From: Candidatus Thalassarchaeum sp.
Lineage (GTDB): Archaea > Thermoplasmatota > Poseidoniia > Poseidoniales > Thalassarchaeaceae
Assembly (NCBI GenBank): GCA_022449945.1
Contig: JAKURM010000001.1
Location: 7,569-71,568, forward strand
DNA length: 64,000 bases
Direction: 5' to 3'
The notes under the pieces: model-generated
Told to the model about the DNA's origin: nothing
Databases searched by the model: none
Seen by the model: the letters and a program-made list of their open reading frames with translations, nothing else
Position numbers and translations under genes: made by a program
In this document: one piece after another, positions 39,290 through 49,558 of the stretch
Position numbering within the stretch: the stretch's first letter is position 1
Layout: each line of letters starts with the position of its first letter

Positions 39290-39859
39290 ATGGCCGCTGA
39301 CATGCCGTTGCAAATACTAGGCTCCCCTATGGTCTTCTGGCTTTCTTTATTTTTGATATTTGCAGGGATCAGCATGCACCGAATGGGACCTTCATTCGAC
39401 AGGAGCAGATTTGGATTGCCCATTGCATGCATAGGGGTAGTTTTCCTGTTCTCTCCTTCTCCCGATTCAGTTCATCCCGAGGCCACAGTAATCGACTCAA
39501 TGGCCTCTTCGTTTACTTGGTTAGTTTGTGCAATATCGGGAACTTATCTGATTGTGGGGTCATCTCCGAATTATGGAGTTTCGAACCCATTATCAACCGG
39601 GATTGGTTGGATTTTGGTAATTTCATCATGGTATTTTGCAACTCCTTCTCTAATTTCATTAGAAATTGATTTGGCATTGGATGGAATTGCGGGAATATTG
39701 GGCTTTGTGACGGGATTATTGGCATTCTCCCTAGGAATTTGGATTGCAGAGGGAAGGTCTTCAATTGTGGGGGTATCTAAGCCACTTTCCGAAGATGAAG
39801 TGCGTTTAGTCCAAACAATTCTTGTTAGGCGAATCGGGAGTGAGATGGATGACAATTGA
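39290..39859 (+). CDS. Hypothetical multi-pass membrane protein
   Basis: About 5 hydrophobic helices; no family recognised. Confidence 0.7.
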   Translation: MAADMPLQILGSPMVFWLSLFLIFAGISMHRMGPSFDRSRFGLPIACIGVVFLFSPSPDSVHPEATVIDSMASSFTWLVCAISGTYLIVGSSPNYGVSNPLSTGIGWILVISSWYFATPSLISLEIDLALDGIAGILGFVTGLLAFSLGIWIAEGRSSIVGVSKPLSEDEVRLVQTILVRRIGSEMDDN

Positions 39860-40175
39860 ACTGCTCCCCATCTTGGAAGCATTTTCCGGAGGAATCATCA
39901 TCTCATCATTATTCTTCATTACTCACATTTTTTCTTCGATTAATCCCTATCATAAGCCGTTATTTCCTCTAGCCTCTTGTATTTCCATGATCATATTTGT
40001 CGCACTTATCGTTTCATCGACTTCGGATGAGTCCGTAATTACTTCAGTAAGGATAGTAACTTCCGATGCAGCATTAGGAATAATCGCCTTACTACCACTT
40101 TCCCTAGCCATCCTGACTTATTTCTTGATAGGGCAAACTTTCCCGAAGGGAAGATCCGGTCATGAACCCCAATGA
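39849..40175 (+). CDS. Hypothetical small membrane protein
   Basis: 3 hydrophobic helices; overlaps the previous stop, GGGAG SD upstream. Confidence 0.65.
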   Translation: MTIELLPILEAFSGGIIISSLFFITHIFSSINPYHKPLFPLASCISMIIFVALIVSSTSDESVITSVRIVTSDAALGIIALLPLSLAILTYFLIGQTFPKGRSGHEPQ

Positions 40176-40264
40176 TTCCCCATCCCCCGGCCAATTAGCA
40201 TATTTCGTTGGATAACCCTCATATCAAGTTGGCCGGTGGCCGCGTCGTTCTAGGGTGATAGTGT

Positions 40265-40450
40265 ATGTCAAAGGGCACACCAAGTATGGGTAAGAGGCAG
40301 AAGTCTACACACATTCGGTGCAGGCGCTGTGGACGACACTCTTACCACAAGCAAAAGGGCCAATGTGCAAGTTGTGGATACGGCAGCACCTCCCGAATCC
40401 GGAAGTTCAGGTGGAATAAGAGAAGCAGAACGATGTGGCAGAAGAAGTGA
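40265..40450 (+). CDS. rpl37e: 50S ribosomal protein L37e
   Basis: [11 protein letters not shown]...[13 protein letters not shown]...CASCGY. Confidence 0.97.
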   Translation: MSKGTPSMGKRQKSTHIRCRRCGRHSYHKQKGQCASCGYGSTSRIRKFRWNKRSRTMWQKK

Positions 40451-40502
40451 CTCCAGTCAGAAAACCACTAAGTCCCAGTTGCATACCGAGGATCGGTATC
40501 CG

Positions 40503-42005
40503 ATGTGCGGTATCGTCGGTATTGTCGGTTTTCCGGGAACCCAAGTCGCCAGTACGCTGTACGATGCATTATTGGTTTTGCAACATCGGGGGCAGGATGC
40601 AGCAGGGATAGTGACGAGCGACTCACAGAACATTTGTCATCGAAGGGCGAATGGTCTTGTCAGGGATGTTTTCAGGGAGCGGCACATGGAAAAACTCCAT
40701 GGATCGATGGGCATTGGTCACGTGAGGTATCCAACTGCTGGCTCCAGTTCTTCAGATGAGGCCCAACCTTTCTACACAAATACTCCATTTGGGGTGAGCC
40801 TAGCACACAATGGAAACCTGAACAATACTTCGGATATAATTTCGGGATTGTTGGAATATGACCACAGGAGGATTAACACCAGTTCTGACTCGGAGGCCCT
40901 TCTCAATCTTTTTGCAGCTGAAATTCAACGTTCTGTTAATGGCCGGCCAGGCGGGATGGATGCTCTCTCGGAGGACGATATCTTTCGAGCAATTGAGAGG
41001 ACTCATCTAAGGGCAGAGGGCAGTTACAGTGTTGTTTCACTAATCACTGGATGGGGACTAGTCGCCTTCCGCGACCCGAATGGAATCAGGCCCCTGTTTC
41101 TTGGCAAGAATGAGCTGAATGGTTTCACAGAAAGGCTTGTTTCCTCAGAGAGCGTCGCCTGTAAGGCTCTAGGATTCAAGCCAGATAGGGACGTTCTGCC
41201 CGGAGAGGCAGTTGTAATCAGGATGGACGGCTCATTCCATTCAAAGTTGTGCCATGCAAAACCCTCCCATTCTCCTTGCGTTTTCGAACATGTTTACTTC
41301 GCTAGGCCCGACTCGGTAATTGACGGAATCTCAGTACACATGGCACGACTTAGGATGGGAAGGGCACTAGCAGAAGGGATCAGGTCGAAGCTACCAGATC
41401 ATGATATCGATGCAGTCATCCCTGTTCCCGATAGTGGAAGAATTGCGGCATTGGGCCTATCTAGCGAACTGGGGGTGCCATATAGGGAGGGATTCGTCAA
41501 GAACCGATACATAGGTAGGACTTTCATAATGCCCGGGCAGAGGATGAGGAAGGACTCAGTACGAAAGAAACTGAATACCATTGACGAGGAATTCAGAGGA
41601 AAGACTATCCTTATTGTCGATGACAGCATTGTCAGAGGCAACACGTCCCGAAGAATTGTAAAAATGGCAAGAGAGGCGGGCGCATCCCGTGTCCTTTTTG
41701 CATCATCATCACCCCCAATTATTCATCCAAACGTGTATGGAATTGACATGCCTGCTAGGTCAGAGTACGTAGCTTATGGGAAATCAACAGAAGAGATTTG
41801 TGATGCAATTGGTGCCGACTGGCTAATCTATCAGGAATTAGATGACCTTGTGGAGTCCTGCCTTGGTGCAGGGAAGACGAGCATTGCAAATTTCGACTGC
41901 TCTTGCTTTGATGGGATATACGTCACAGGTGGAATTTCGGAAGACTACTTGGGCAAGATTGAGAAGGTCAGAGCAGACTCTGCTAAGGAGCAGGTCTCAG
42001 TTTGA
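40503..42005 (+). CDS. purF: Amidophosphoribosyltransferase
   Basis: MCGIVG (Ntn Cys), LQHRGQDAAG, GHVRYPTAG, HNGNL, VDDSIVRG, YGIDMP. Confidence 0.97.
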   Translation: MCGIVGIVGFPGTQVASTLYDALLVLQHRGQDAAGIVTSDSQNICHRRANGLVRDVFRERHMEKLHGSMGIGHVRYPTAGSSSSDEAQPFYTNTPFGVSLAHNGNLNNTSDIISGLLEYDHRRINTSSDSEALLNLFAAEIQRSVNGRPGGMDALSEDDIFRAIERTHLRAEGSYSVVSLITGWGLVAFRDPNGIRPLFLGKNELNGFTERLVSSESVACKALGFKPDRDVLPGEAVVIRMDGSFHSKLCHAKPSHSPCVFEHVYFARPDSVIDGISVHMARLRMGRALAEGIRSKLPDHDIDAVIPVPDSGRIAALGLSSELGVPYREGFVKNRYIGRTFIMPGQRMRKDSVRKKLNTIDEEFRGKTILIVDDSIVRGNTSRRIVKMAREAGASRVLFASSSPPIIHPNVYGIDMPARSEYVAYGKSTEEICDAIGADWLIYQELDDLVESCLGAGKTSIANFDCSCFDGIYVTGGISEDYLGKIEKVRADSAKEQVSV

Positions 42006-42926
42006 AACCAAATTGCTAAGCTCAGATTTTAGAACCGGCAAGGCTTCTTCCCAGGTAGCCACAATTCCATAGTCTGCGACCCCGAAGATAGGGGCATCTG
42101 GATCCTTGTTTATTGCAACGATGTACTTGCTTGTTCTCATTCCTGCAAGGTGCTGAATCGCCCCGCTGATGCCCACGGCAATATACAAGCTCGGCACCAC
42201 CGTCTTCCCGGTTTGCCCCACTTGCATGCTGTGGGATATCTCTTCCCACGTGTCCACGGCCGCCCTGCTTGCCCCCACAGCAGCCCCCACAATCTCAGAT
42301 ATTTCGTAGAGATGCTCAAAGTTGGCAGGATCGCCCATCCCCCTGCCTCCTGAAATTACTATGTTAGCCTCCGAAACATCGAGCCTCTCGCTCGCCTTCG
42401 CCAGAGCTTCCTTGACGGAAATTCTGATATCCCCACTCTGGCTAACTGTACTGATTTCTGCATCCCCCTCAGAACCTGGATCGTCGAACGAATTCGCCCT
42501 AATTGAAATTGCACACGGAGGGGATACTGTAGCCTGTTCTATTGCCTTCCCAGAGTATATTGGCCGCGTAATTGAAATCCCCTCAGAAACTTCAGTTACA
42601 TCCTGCATTACCGGGATGCCCTTCATTGCCCCGATAGAAGCTACCAATTCCCTTCCCGAAGGGGAGGCAGAAGAAAGGATTAGTTCGCCATTTGCGAGTG
42701 GCTCCAATGCCTCTGCCCAAGCTCCAACGTCATATGCACCAAAGCAAGCACCCTCAACAGAAACGACCTTTGAAACCCCGGTAATTGATGACGCTTCTGA
42801 GGCACCAACTCCACCCGGGCAGAGGATAGTGGGCACACCTCCTATGGATGAAGCCGCCCCTACCAGTTGTGCAGTAACTGGATGGAGGGATCCATCTGCA
42901 ACATCTGCAATTATTGTTACTTCCAT
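41997..42926 (-). CDS. etfA: Electron transfer flavoprotein alpha subunit
   Basis: SGGRG, GASRAAVD, QVGQTGK, GISGAIQHLAGM, AINKD. Confidence 0.95.
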   Translation of the reverse strand: MEVTIIADVADGSLHPVTAQLVGAASSIGGVPTILCPGGVGASEASSITGVSKVVSVEGACFGAYDVGAWAEALEPLANGELILSSASPSGRELVASIGAMKGIPVMQDVTEVSEGISITRPIYSGKAIEQATVSPPCAISIRANSFDDPGSEGDAEISTVSQSGDIRISVKEALAKASERLDVSEANIVISGGRGMGDPANFEHLYEISEIVGAAVGASRAAVDTWEEISHSMQVGQTGKTVVPSLYIAVGISGAIQHLAGMRTSKYIVAINKDPDAPIFGVADYGIVATWEEALPVLKSELSNLVSN

Positions 42927-42935
42927 GGCATCCCC

Positions 42936-43691
42936 TCAGATCACATTCGCCTCATCACGAAGCTTTCCAACCACTGTCGGAACGGAGTTAGCTCCTTCGA
43001 ATTTCTGCCCGGGCGGCTTTTCCGGTGGCGGAGAATGCGAATCAATCGAAACCGAAGGAGAACCGATACTGACTCCCAGGTCATCAGGTGTCAGAACTAT
43101 GACTTCCTTCTTTTTCGCCATCATGATTCCCCTTACGTTGGGTCTCCTGAGTTCGGTAGAACCCTTGTCGAATGTGATTACGCAAGGGGGCTGAACACTG
43201 ACTCTCTCGAACCCCGAGGGGGTCGACCTCGTTGCTACCAAATCATCCCCCTCTGTGCACACTTCTGAAACAATCCCCACGCATGCTGCTCCAATGATCC
43301 TCGCTACTCCCGGTCCCGTTGAGCCACTGTTGGTGTCAGCAGCCTGCTTTCCACATAGGACCCAATCTGCCTCAGAGCGAGAAACCGCAGCAGAAAGTAG
43401 AGCCTGAACCTGGGTACTGTCTAGTGGCTCTTCGACAATAATGTGTATCAACTCGTCCGCTCCGACGGCTGCCGCCTCAGTTAGGCACTTTGCAGATCGG
43501 GTCGGGCCACAAGTTATTGCAACAAGACTACCGACCCCAGAGTCCTTCAGTTGCAAGGCAGCTTCTAGTGCATACTCGTCATACGGGCTAATGGTCCACT
43601 TGCTTACTGACGCTTCGTCAACTCTGCCATTGGAAACGGAAATCTTGGAGGTTGTATCTGGTACATGTTTTACCAGTACCGCAATCGTCAT
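42936..43691 (-). CDS. etfB: Electron transfer flavoprotein beta subunit
   Basis: VKHVPD, PYDEYALEAAL, CGKQAAD, R.PN..GIM.AKKK. Confidence 0.95.
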   Translation of the reverse strand: MTIAVLVKHVPDTTSKISVSNGRVDEASVSKWTISPYDEYALEAALQLKDSGVGSLVAITCGPTRSAKCLTEAAAVGADELIHIIVEEPLDSTQVQALLSAAVSRSEADWVLCGKQAADTNSGSTGPGVARIIGAACVGIVSEVCTEGDDLVATRSTPSGFERVSVQPPCVITFDKGSTELRRPNVRGIMMAKKKEVIVLTPDDLGVSIGSPSVSIDSHSPPPEKPPGQKFEGANSVPTVVGKLRDEANVI

Positions 43692-43745
43692 GACACCTCG
43701 AAATGAAAACCCTCTATCAAGATTCGCAGGGGGGACTGAGAAGAC

Positions 43746-44930
43746 CTAAGCCTCTCTGGTGAATGCTTGTATTCCGGTAATGTGCCTTCCAAGTATCAGG
43801 TTGTGGATGTCGTGAGTCCCTTCGTATGTCTTTACCGACTCGAGGTTGGCCATATGCCTCATTACCGGGTACTCGTCCAGGATTCCATTTGCCCCATGGA
43901 TATCTCTTGCCATTCTGGCTATTTCCAGAGCAATGTCCACGTTGTTCATCTTGGCCAGAGAAATGTGTTCGGGTATCCAGGACCCGTCATCTTTCTTTTT
44001 CCCTAGGTGATATGCTAGCAGTTGGCCCTTTGTAATCTCCCTCAGCATCCAAGAGAGCTTGTTCTGGACCAGTTGGAAAGAGGCAATTGGATGCCCAAAC
44101 TGGATGCGGCTTAGTGCATACTCCTTGGCGGAACTGAAGCAAGACTGTGCTGCTCCAATTGCCCCCCATGAGATTCCGTATCTGGCATTATTTAGGCAGC
44201 TGAATGGCCCTCTAAGGCCCTTGACATCGGGAAGAATCCTATCCTTTGGAATCTCGCAGTCTTGGAAGACAAGTTCGCTCGTTACACTTGCCTTCAGGGA
44301 ATGCTTCCCCGTCATCTCCGGGGCACTGAATCCAGGGTCTCCCCTTTCCACGATGAATCCCCTAATCTCCCCGTCCAATTTAGCCCAGACAACTGCCAAA
44401 TCTGCTATGGTGCCATTGGTAATCCACATCTTTGCACCATTTAGCAGGAAGTGGCTACCCTTGTCCTCAGCTTTGGTTATCATATCCCCCGGATTTGATC
44501 CATAGTCGGGCTCAGTAAGCCCGAAACATCCTATCCACTCACCTGAAGCCATTCTTGGGAGGTAATGTTTCTTCTGCTCTTCACTTCCGAAGTCCCATAT
44601 CGGGTACATCGCCAAGGATCCCTGGACGCTAGCGAATGAACGTACACCACTGTCTCCTCTCTCTAGCTCCTGACAAATTACTCCATAGGCTACGTAAGAA
44701 AGACCAGGACACCCATAACCCTGCAGAGGTGCTCCTAGAATGCCCATTTCGCCGATGTCCTTTCGCCACTCGTCTGGGAAAACCCCGTCCCTGCAGGCTT
44801 CCTCGATATTGGGTATTATTTTGTCATCTACCCATTCCCTAACCATGTCACGAATCATTCTTTCTTCGTCACTAAGAAGTGAATCAATGTCATAGAAGTC
44901 CAATGCCTCGTACGCCATTCTATCAGACAT
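43746..44930 (-). CDS. gcdH: Acyl-CoA dehydrogenase, glutaryl-CoA dehydrogenase-like
   Basis: ELERGDSGVRS..SVQGSL, GCFGLTEPDYGS, CLNNARYGISWG, NLESV.TYEGTHDIH.LILG. Confidence 0.85.
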   Translation of the reverse strand: MSDRMAYEALDFYDIDSLLSDEERMIRDMVREWVDDKIIPNIEEACRDGVFPDEWRKDIGEMGILGAPLQGYGCPGLSYVAYGVICQELERGDSGVRSFASVQGSLAMYPIWDFGSEEQKKHYLPRMASGEWIGCFGLTEPDYGSNPGDMITKAEDKGSHFLLNGAKMWITNGTIADLAVVWAKLDGEIRGFIVERGDPGFSAPEMTGKHSLKASVTSELVFQDCEIPKDRILPDVKGLRGPFSCLNNARYGISWGAIGAAQSCFSSAKEYALSRIQFGHPIASFQLVQNKLSWMLREITKGQLLAYHLGKKKDDGSWIPEHISLAKMNNVDIALEIARMARDIHGANGILDEYPVMRHMANLESVKTYEGTHDIHNLILGRHITGIQAFTREA

Positions 44931-44961
44931 TCGCGAGGCCCTGCCCTATCTAAGCATGTCC

Positions 44962-46188
44962 TTACTTTCTACGACCTTTCCGGCGTCCTTCCCTCTTGGC
45001 CCTTTTCCTCTCTTCTTCACTACCGATTGCTATAGCCATCCAACGACTCAATGTTTCCGAAGAACTAGTGATTAGACTCAGTACAAGCAAGCTCGCCCCT
45101 CCAAAGACTATGATCCCAATCCAAATTGTTATCACGCCCCCCTCACTCTCTTTCTCCTCTGGAGAAAAATCGATGATTTTCCCCGTGCTCGTCACAACCC
45201 ACCCCGTACTAATCCCCGTACTCCAGGTAGAAACGACCCTGTCGTTCGAGACAATTGGGTCGAACATCACGACATCTTCATTCTCCAACCATGGGTACGA
45301 AACCCTCTCTTCCAGATCGTGCTCAACCAACTCAAAGGGAGCCATAGAAATGAGTGATTTACTATTGGACTGGATCTCAATGCCATTGAATTTCCCATCG
45401 ATTCCATGGAGTTTTACAATGTCGTTCTCATAAATTTTGGAGTTTTCGGGATCATTGGTATTGATGCTGACAATCCCAATTGTCCTATCTGTGGAGATAA
45501 CCACGCACTCGTGCGACGTTCCCGTCGGGCAAACCGCATCAATCCAAGGGTACCCAACTCCTCCAATCCAGTGAATTTCATGCTCCCCGTCAATTAGTCC
45601 GACTCCATCTACACTGGAACTGATTTCGCAAACATTTGATCCCGGGAGGCATGATATGGCGTTTACGTCACTATTCCCTTTGCCCTCTAGGGGGATGACC
45701 TCTGATCCCCCTCCATCTATGCCCCTGATTCTCCATATCCATCCGCCTTCCCCTCCAACATATGCCCATGAACCATCTCCTTTCCACGAAACTGCATTTA
45801 GATTGGTTTGTCCAAGCAATATATCATCAACAGCCTCCTCTACCACATTTTGTTCTCTCATGTACCTTAGTACGGCCCCACTATCCCCTACTATCAGTGC
45901 GGTCTGGCCATTTGGATGGAAGCCCGAATCGACTAAATCCCTACTATAGTTCCACTCGATCTTCGAGAATTCTTCTGGCGATGATGAATTTACTGCGAAT
46001 ATCGCGGACTCCTTCCCGTGGACAATCACCAACTCCCCATCTGGTGAGATAGACGCCCCTTCAATTCCCAAATCCCCTTCCCCTAGGGAATGCAACCGAC
46101 CTAATTCCACAGCTGATTGGGCCTGAGCAGATTGCACCAATAATAGGACCAGGGTCATGGCAATTGCAGTCGCGCCTCTACTCGACAT
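44962..46188 (-). CDS. Secreted beta-propeller-like protein with C-terminal TM anchor
   Basis: Signal peptide ending AQA; repeats SPDG/HPNG/WKGDG; C-terminal TM and basic tail. Confidence 0.75.
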   Translation of the reverse strand: MSSRGATAIAMTLVLLLVQSAQAQSAVELGRLHSLGEGDLGIEGASISPDGELVIVHGKESAIFAVNSSSPEEFSKIEWNYSRDLVDSGFHPNGQTALIVGDSGAVLRYMREQNVVEEAVDDILLGQTNLNAVSWKGDGSWAYVGGEGGWIWRIRGIDGGGSEVIPLEGKGNSDVNAISCLPGSNVCEISSSVDGVGLIDGEHEIHWIGGVGYPWIDAVCPTGTSHECVVISTDRTIGIVSINTNDPENSKIYENDIVKLHGIDGKFNGIEIQSNSKSLISMAPFELVEHDLEERVSYPWLENEDVVMFDPIVSNDRVVSTWSTGISTGWVVTSTGKIIDFSPEEKESEGGVITIWIGIIVFGGASLLVLSLITSSSETLSRWMAIAIGSEEERKRAKREGRRKGRRK

Positions 46189-46286
46189 GGACTTCCGAGG
46201 CGCCCAAACCGTTTAGCAATTCTATTGATTTGGTTGGCCAGTGCCAACGGGCAGTATTGAAGTGGAACCAACCATTCGGAGGTGCA

Positions 46287-46799
46287 ATGGAGAGATTTGA
46301 CGTACGAAGGGGACTGGTTAAGGAAGTAGAAGGAAATGGTGGCTTAGCCAAACTAGCCGAGGAGTTCTTTGACTCCGTCGAGGAAACATCCGAAGCCTCT
46401 TTCAAGGCAAGTCACGGAATCATGACTTCGATAGAGGCTAGCTATCAGAACGGCGCACTGATCATCGATGTAACCAACGTACCCCCGGACTTCGATGACC
46501 CAGAAGCTATGAAATCTGCAATGGACGCTAGGAAAAGATGGACATTATTCCTTGACAAATCCACTGGCTATGACTCAAAGAAAAGGGGCGATAAAGCGAA
46601 AGAGTGGGCAAAGAAAGCATCAAAGGCGAAGTCGGCAGTTTCGGCTTCGAAACATTTCATGGAGATGTCCGATAGCATTTCGCAGGAACAAAGAAACAAG
46701 GCAAACTCTATGATCGAAGAGATTGAGTCTCTGTTGGACTCCAATGAGAACACAAAGGCCGCCGGTCGTGCTGAGAAACTGAACAAACTTTTCGGTTAG
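46287..46799 (+). CDS. Conserved archaeal hypothetical protein (DUF5611-like) with helical C-terminal extension
   Basis: GGAGGTG SD; F.V.RG...W..FLD..TGYD.K.R resembles the archaeal DUF5611 family (from memory). Confidence 0.6.
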   Translation: MERFDVRRGLVKEVEGNGGLAKLAEEFFDSVEETSEASFKASHGIMTSIEASYQNGALIIDVTNVPPDFDDPEAMKSAMDARKRWTLFLDKSTGYDSKKRGDKAKEWAKKASKAKSAVSASKHFMEMSDSISQEQRNKANSMIEEIESLLDSNENTKAAGRAEKLNKLFG

Positions 46800-47923
46800 T
46801 GATGAAAATGGGTGAAGACGCTATTTCTGGACTTGACAAAGAGTCTAGGGATAGTTTCGAAAGAATGTTCAATGGTTGTCAGGAAGTAATTGGGCCCGAG
46901 CACGTTGCTTCAATTCTATCTGGTGGAAAGAGCCACTCTGGCGATCAGCAAATCGTGGCATACATTGGACTCGAGCCAAGTGGAAAGGCCCACTTGGGAT
47001 ACATGATTCTCGCTGATACAATTCGAAATATGCTTGACGAAGGGATCAATGTAATCATCCTGCTAGCTGACTGGCATGCTTGGGTAAACGATAAGTTCGA
47101 TCGGGACATGGAGAAGATTTCTCTTGCTGGAGATTATCTAGCCGAGGTCTTCAGAGCCATGCTAGGATACCCCCCAGAAGGGGAGGGAGCCGGACAACTC
47201 CGATTCTTGCGCGCCTCGGAGATAATGGATTCCGGCAAGTACTGGGAACGTGTTCTAAGGTGCTCAAAGAACATGAGCCTCTCTAGAGTTCGGAGAACAT
47301 TTAGCATCATGGGAAGGGACGAGGACTCCTCTGATCACGACCTTGCCGCATTCTACTATCCTACACTCCAAGCTGCCGATATCTTTGAGCTTAAGGTAGA
47401 CATTGCATTCGGTGGAATGGACCAGCGAAAGGCGCACATGTACATGCGTGAGGTAGCGGATAAGTACGATTGGACCAAGGCGACCTGCATACACACCCCA
47501 ATGATGTCGGCATTGAAGGGACCAGGTGGAAGAATGGACTCATTTGATCACAAGATGTCCAAGTCAGACCCTGCAAACGCTATACTTCTCGATGATGATC
47601 CAGACCTAGTAAAGGCCAAGATGCGCAAGGCTTTCCTCGAGGTCGGAAACCCAAATTCTCCAGTCTTCGAGATAGCTAAGCACATCGTTCTTCCCAAGAG
47701 AGGCACAATTACGGTCACTCCCGACCCCAAATATGGTGATCCTTCCGATTGGGATGACTTGAGTGACTTCATCGAGGCAGTTTCGGACGGTTCTATCCAC
47801 CCGCTAGATGCCAAGAACGCAATCTCAAACTGCCTCTCGGAGGTCATTGAGCCTGTTTTCCAGCAATTATCCCGAAAAACAGACCTTTTAGAGGCGATGA
47901 ATCAACTAACTGGCACTAACTAG
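46799..47923 (+). CDS. tyrS: Tyrosine--tRNA ligase, archaeal type
   Basis: YIGLEPSG..HLGY, LADWHA, YP.LQAAD, GGMDQRK, KMSKS, HPLD.K. Confidence 0.95.
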   Translation: MMKMGEDAISGLDKESRDSFERMFNGCQEVIGPEHVASILSGGKSHSGDQQIVAYIGLEPSGKAHLGYMILADTIRNMLDEGINVIILLADWHAWVNDKFDRDMEKISLAGDYLAEVFRAMLGYPPEGEGAGQLRFLRASEIMDSGKYWERVLRCSKNMSLSRVRRTFSIMGRDEDSSDHDLAAFYYPTLQAADIFELKVDIAFGGMDQRKAHMYMREVADKYDWTKATCIHTPMMSALKGPGGRMDSFDHKMSKSDPANAILLDDDPDLVKAKMRKAFLEVGNPNSPVFEIAKHIVLPKRGTITVTPDPKYGDPSDWDDLSDFIEAVSDGSIHPLDAKNAISNCLSEVIEPVFQQLSRKTDLLEAMNQLTGTN

Positions 47924-48007
47924 CCTAGCAAGTAATCGAGAATTGTGAATTATTGCTTGCACAGTACTCATATTCTAGGCCAATTCCGGCAAGTCGAGGA
48001 ATTGGTT

Positions 48008-49558
48008 ATGCCAGAGGTAGGCATCGACGATATTGCCCTGCATTTTCCGAGACTATTTTTCGCCATGCAGGACTTTGCCGAATTCCGTGGTGCGGACTAC
48101 GGGAAACTCAACAAAGGCCTCGGTCTCGAAGCGATGGCAATTCCCGATGTTCACGAGGACACTGCAACAATGGGGGCTAACGCTGTATCTCGACTAATCG
48201 ATAGAAACTCGCTGGAACCCTCTTCGATAGGGAGGATATACTTGGGAACTGAGTCGGCACTTGACGGTGCCAAGCCAACTGCAACATACATCATGGACAT
48301 GTTGGAACAGCGGTACTCCGCAAAGTTTGGCCATGATTGTTTCAGGAACTGTGACGTGGTGGATATGACGTTCGCCTGCATCGGGGCAGTCGATGCGATG
48401 CACAACACTTTGGATTGGGTGGCCCGCGGCGGGGAAAGCCGCAAACGAGTTGGCATCGTGGTCTTCGCAGACAACGCAAAGTACGATCTAGGATCTTCAG
48501 GGGAGTATACCCAAGGAGCTGGTGGCGGAGCGATTCTAATTAGGCACAATCCGAGACTGTTGGCGATTCCAGATGTCTGGGGAGTTTCCACAATGCCGGT
48601 TCACGATTTCTTCAAACCCCGCAGAGAGGTGGAAACCAGGACAGTTGTGGAAAATGTTCTGGAGCTCGCCGAGGAGTCAGGTGCCAGCATTACAGCAAAT
48701 CTAGCTGAGAGAATCCTGAAGTTTCTTCCTAGATCTAGCAAGAAGAACGATGTCCTTTTCGAAAATGAAAAACTGATGATTCACAAGGACACGCCCGTCT
48801 TTGATGGCCAGTTCTCAAACCGGTGCTATTCTGAGTCGGTCAAGCATGCCTTCATCGATTTCCGCTCAAAGGCCATAGAGGAGGGGAGATACGACCCCGG
48901 GGAAGATGAGATACTCACCAACCAATGGAGCCGGATCATAGTTCACCTGCCTTATGCATTCCAAGGAAAGCGGATGTTCCCAGATGTTTTCCGTCATGAT
49001 CGCAGACATCTCCCAATTTGGGAGAAAATCACAGCAGAAATAGGGCCAGAGCCACTCCCAGAGAACTTCCCGGATACCCCAGAAGGCATCGAAGAATTCG
49101 AAAAAGAAAATGATTCATACAGGAGGTTGATTTCTAAGACTGAGGAGTTCCGGGTTTTTGTGGAAGAGAGGATAGAAAAGACCCAGAGGGCCTCTAGCCT
49201 AATTGGAAACCAGTACACGGGTTCAATTTTCCTTGCTTTGATGTCTGCCATGGAATCCGACTATCTAGATAACACGGAAATGGAATCAAAGAGAATAGGA
49301 CTCTGTGGATACGGTTCTGGTGCCAAGGCCAAGGTCTTCGAAGGAATTGTCCAACCCAAGTGGAGGGAAATCTCCTCCCGATTCCATCTCTTTGAGAGGT
49401 TATCAACTCGCCATGCGATCAACAAGACGGTCTATGAGGCGCTCCACAAGGGAAAGAGGAAGAGGTCAGTCGTCAAACCCAAGTCCGAATTCGCTCTTGT
49501 TGGAATCGGCAAAGAGGGTGACCTCGAGGGCCAGAGAAGATACCAGTGGTTCGAATAA
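48008..49558 (+). CDS. Hydroxymethylglutaryl-CoA synthase
   Basis: GLG, ED..TMGANA, GTES..D..K, FACIG (catalytic Cys), GEYTQGAG, FFKP, HLPY, GNQYTGS, YGSG. Confidence 0.92.
   Translation: MPEVGIDDIALHFPRLFFAMQDFAEFRGADYGKLNKGLGLEAMAIPDVHEDTATMGANAVSRLIDRNSLEPSSIGRIYLGTESALDGAKPTATYIMDMLEQRYSAKFGHDCFRNCDVVDMTFACIGAVDAMHNTLDWVARGGESRKRVGIVVFADNAKYDLGSSGEYTQGAGGGAILIRHNPRLLAIPDVWGVSTMPVHDFFKPRREVETRTVVENVLELAEESGASITANLAERILKFLPRSSKKNDVLFENEKLMIHKDTPVFDGQFSNRCYSESVKHAFIDFRSKAIEEGRYDPGEDEILTNQWSRIIVHLPYAFQGKRMFPDVFRHDRRHLPIWEKITAEIGPEPLPENFPDTPEGIEEFEKENDSYRRLISKTEEFRVFVEERIEKTQRASSLIGNQYTGSIFLALMSAMESDYLDNTEMESKRIGLCGYGSGAKAKVFEGIVQPKWREISSRFHLFERLSTRHAINKTVYEALHKGKRKRSVVKPKSEFALVGIGKEGDLEGQRRYQWFE

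Noticed and set aside
40329-40502. N-terminal extension of PurF
   Set aside because: It overlaps rpl37e, and the Ntn mechanism needs Cys at the N-terminus (MCGIVG at 40503).
42322-43194. 290-aa + strand ORF
   Set aside because: Antisense shadow of etfA/etfB, Ser/Pro/Thr-rich with no motifs.
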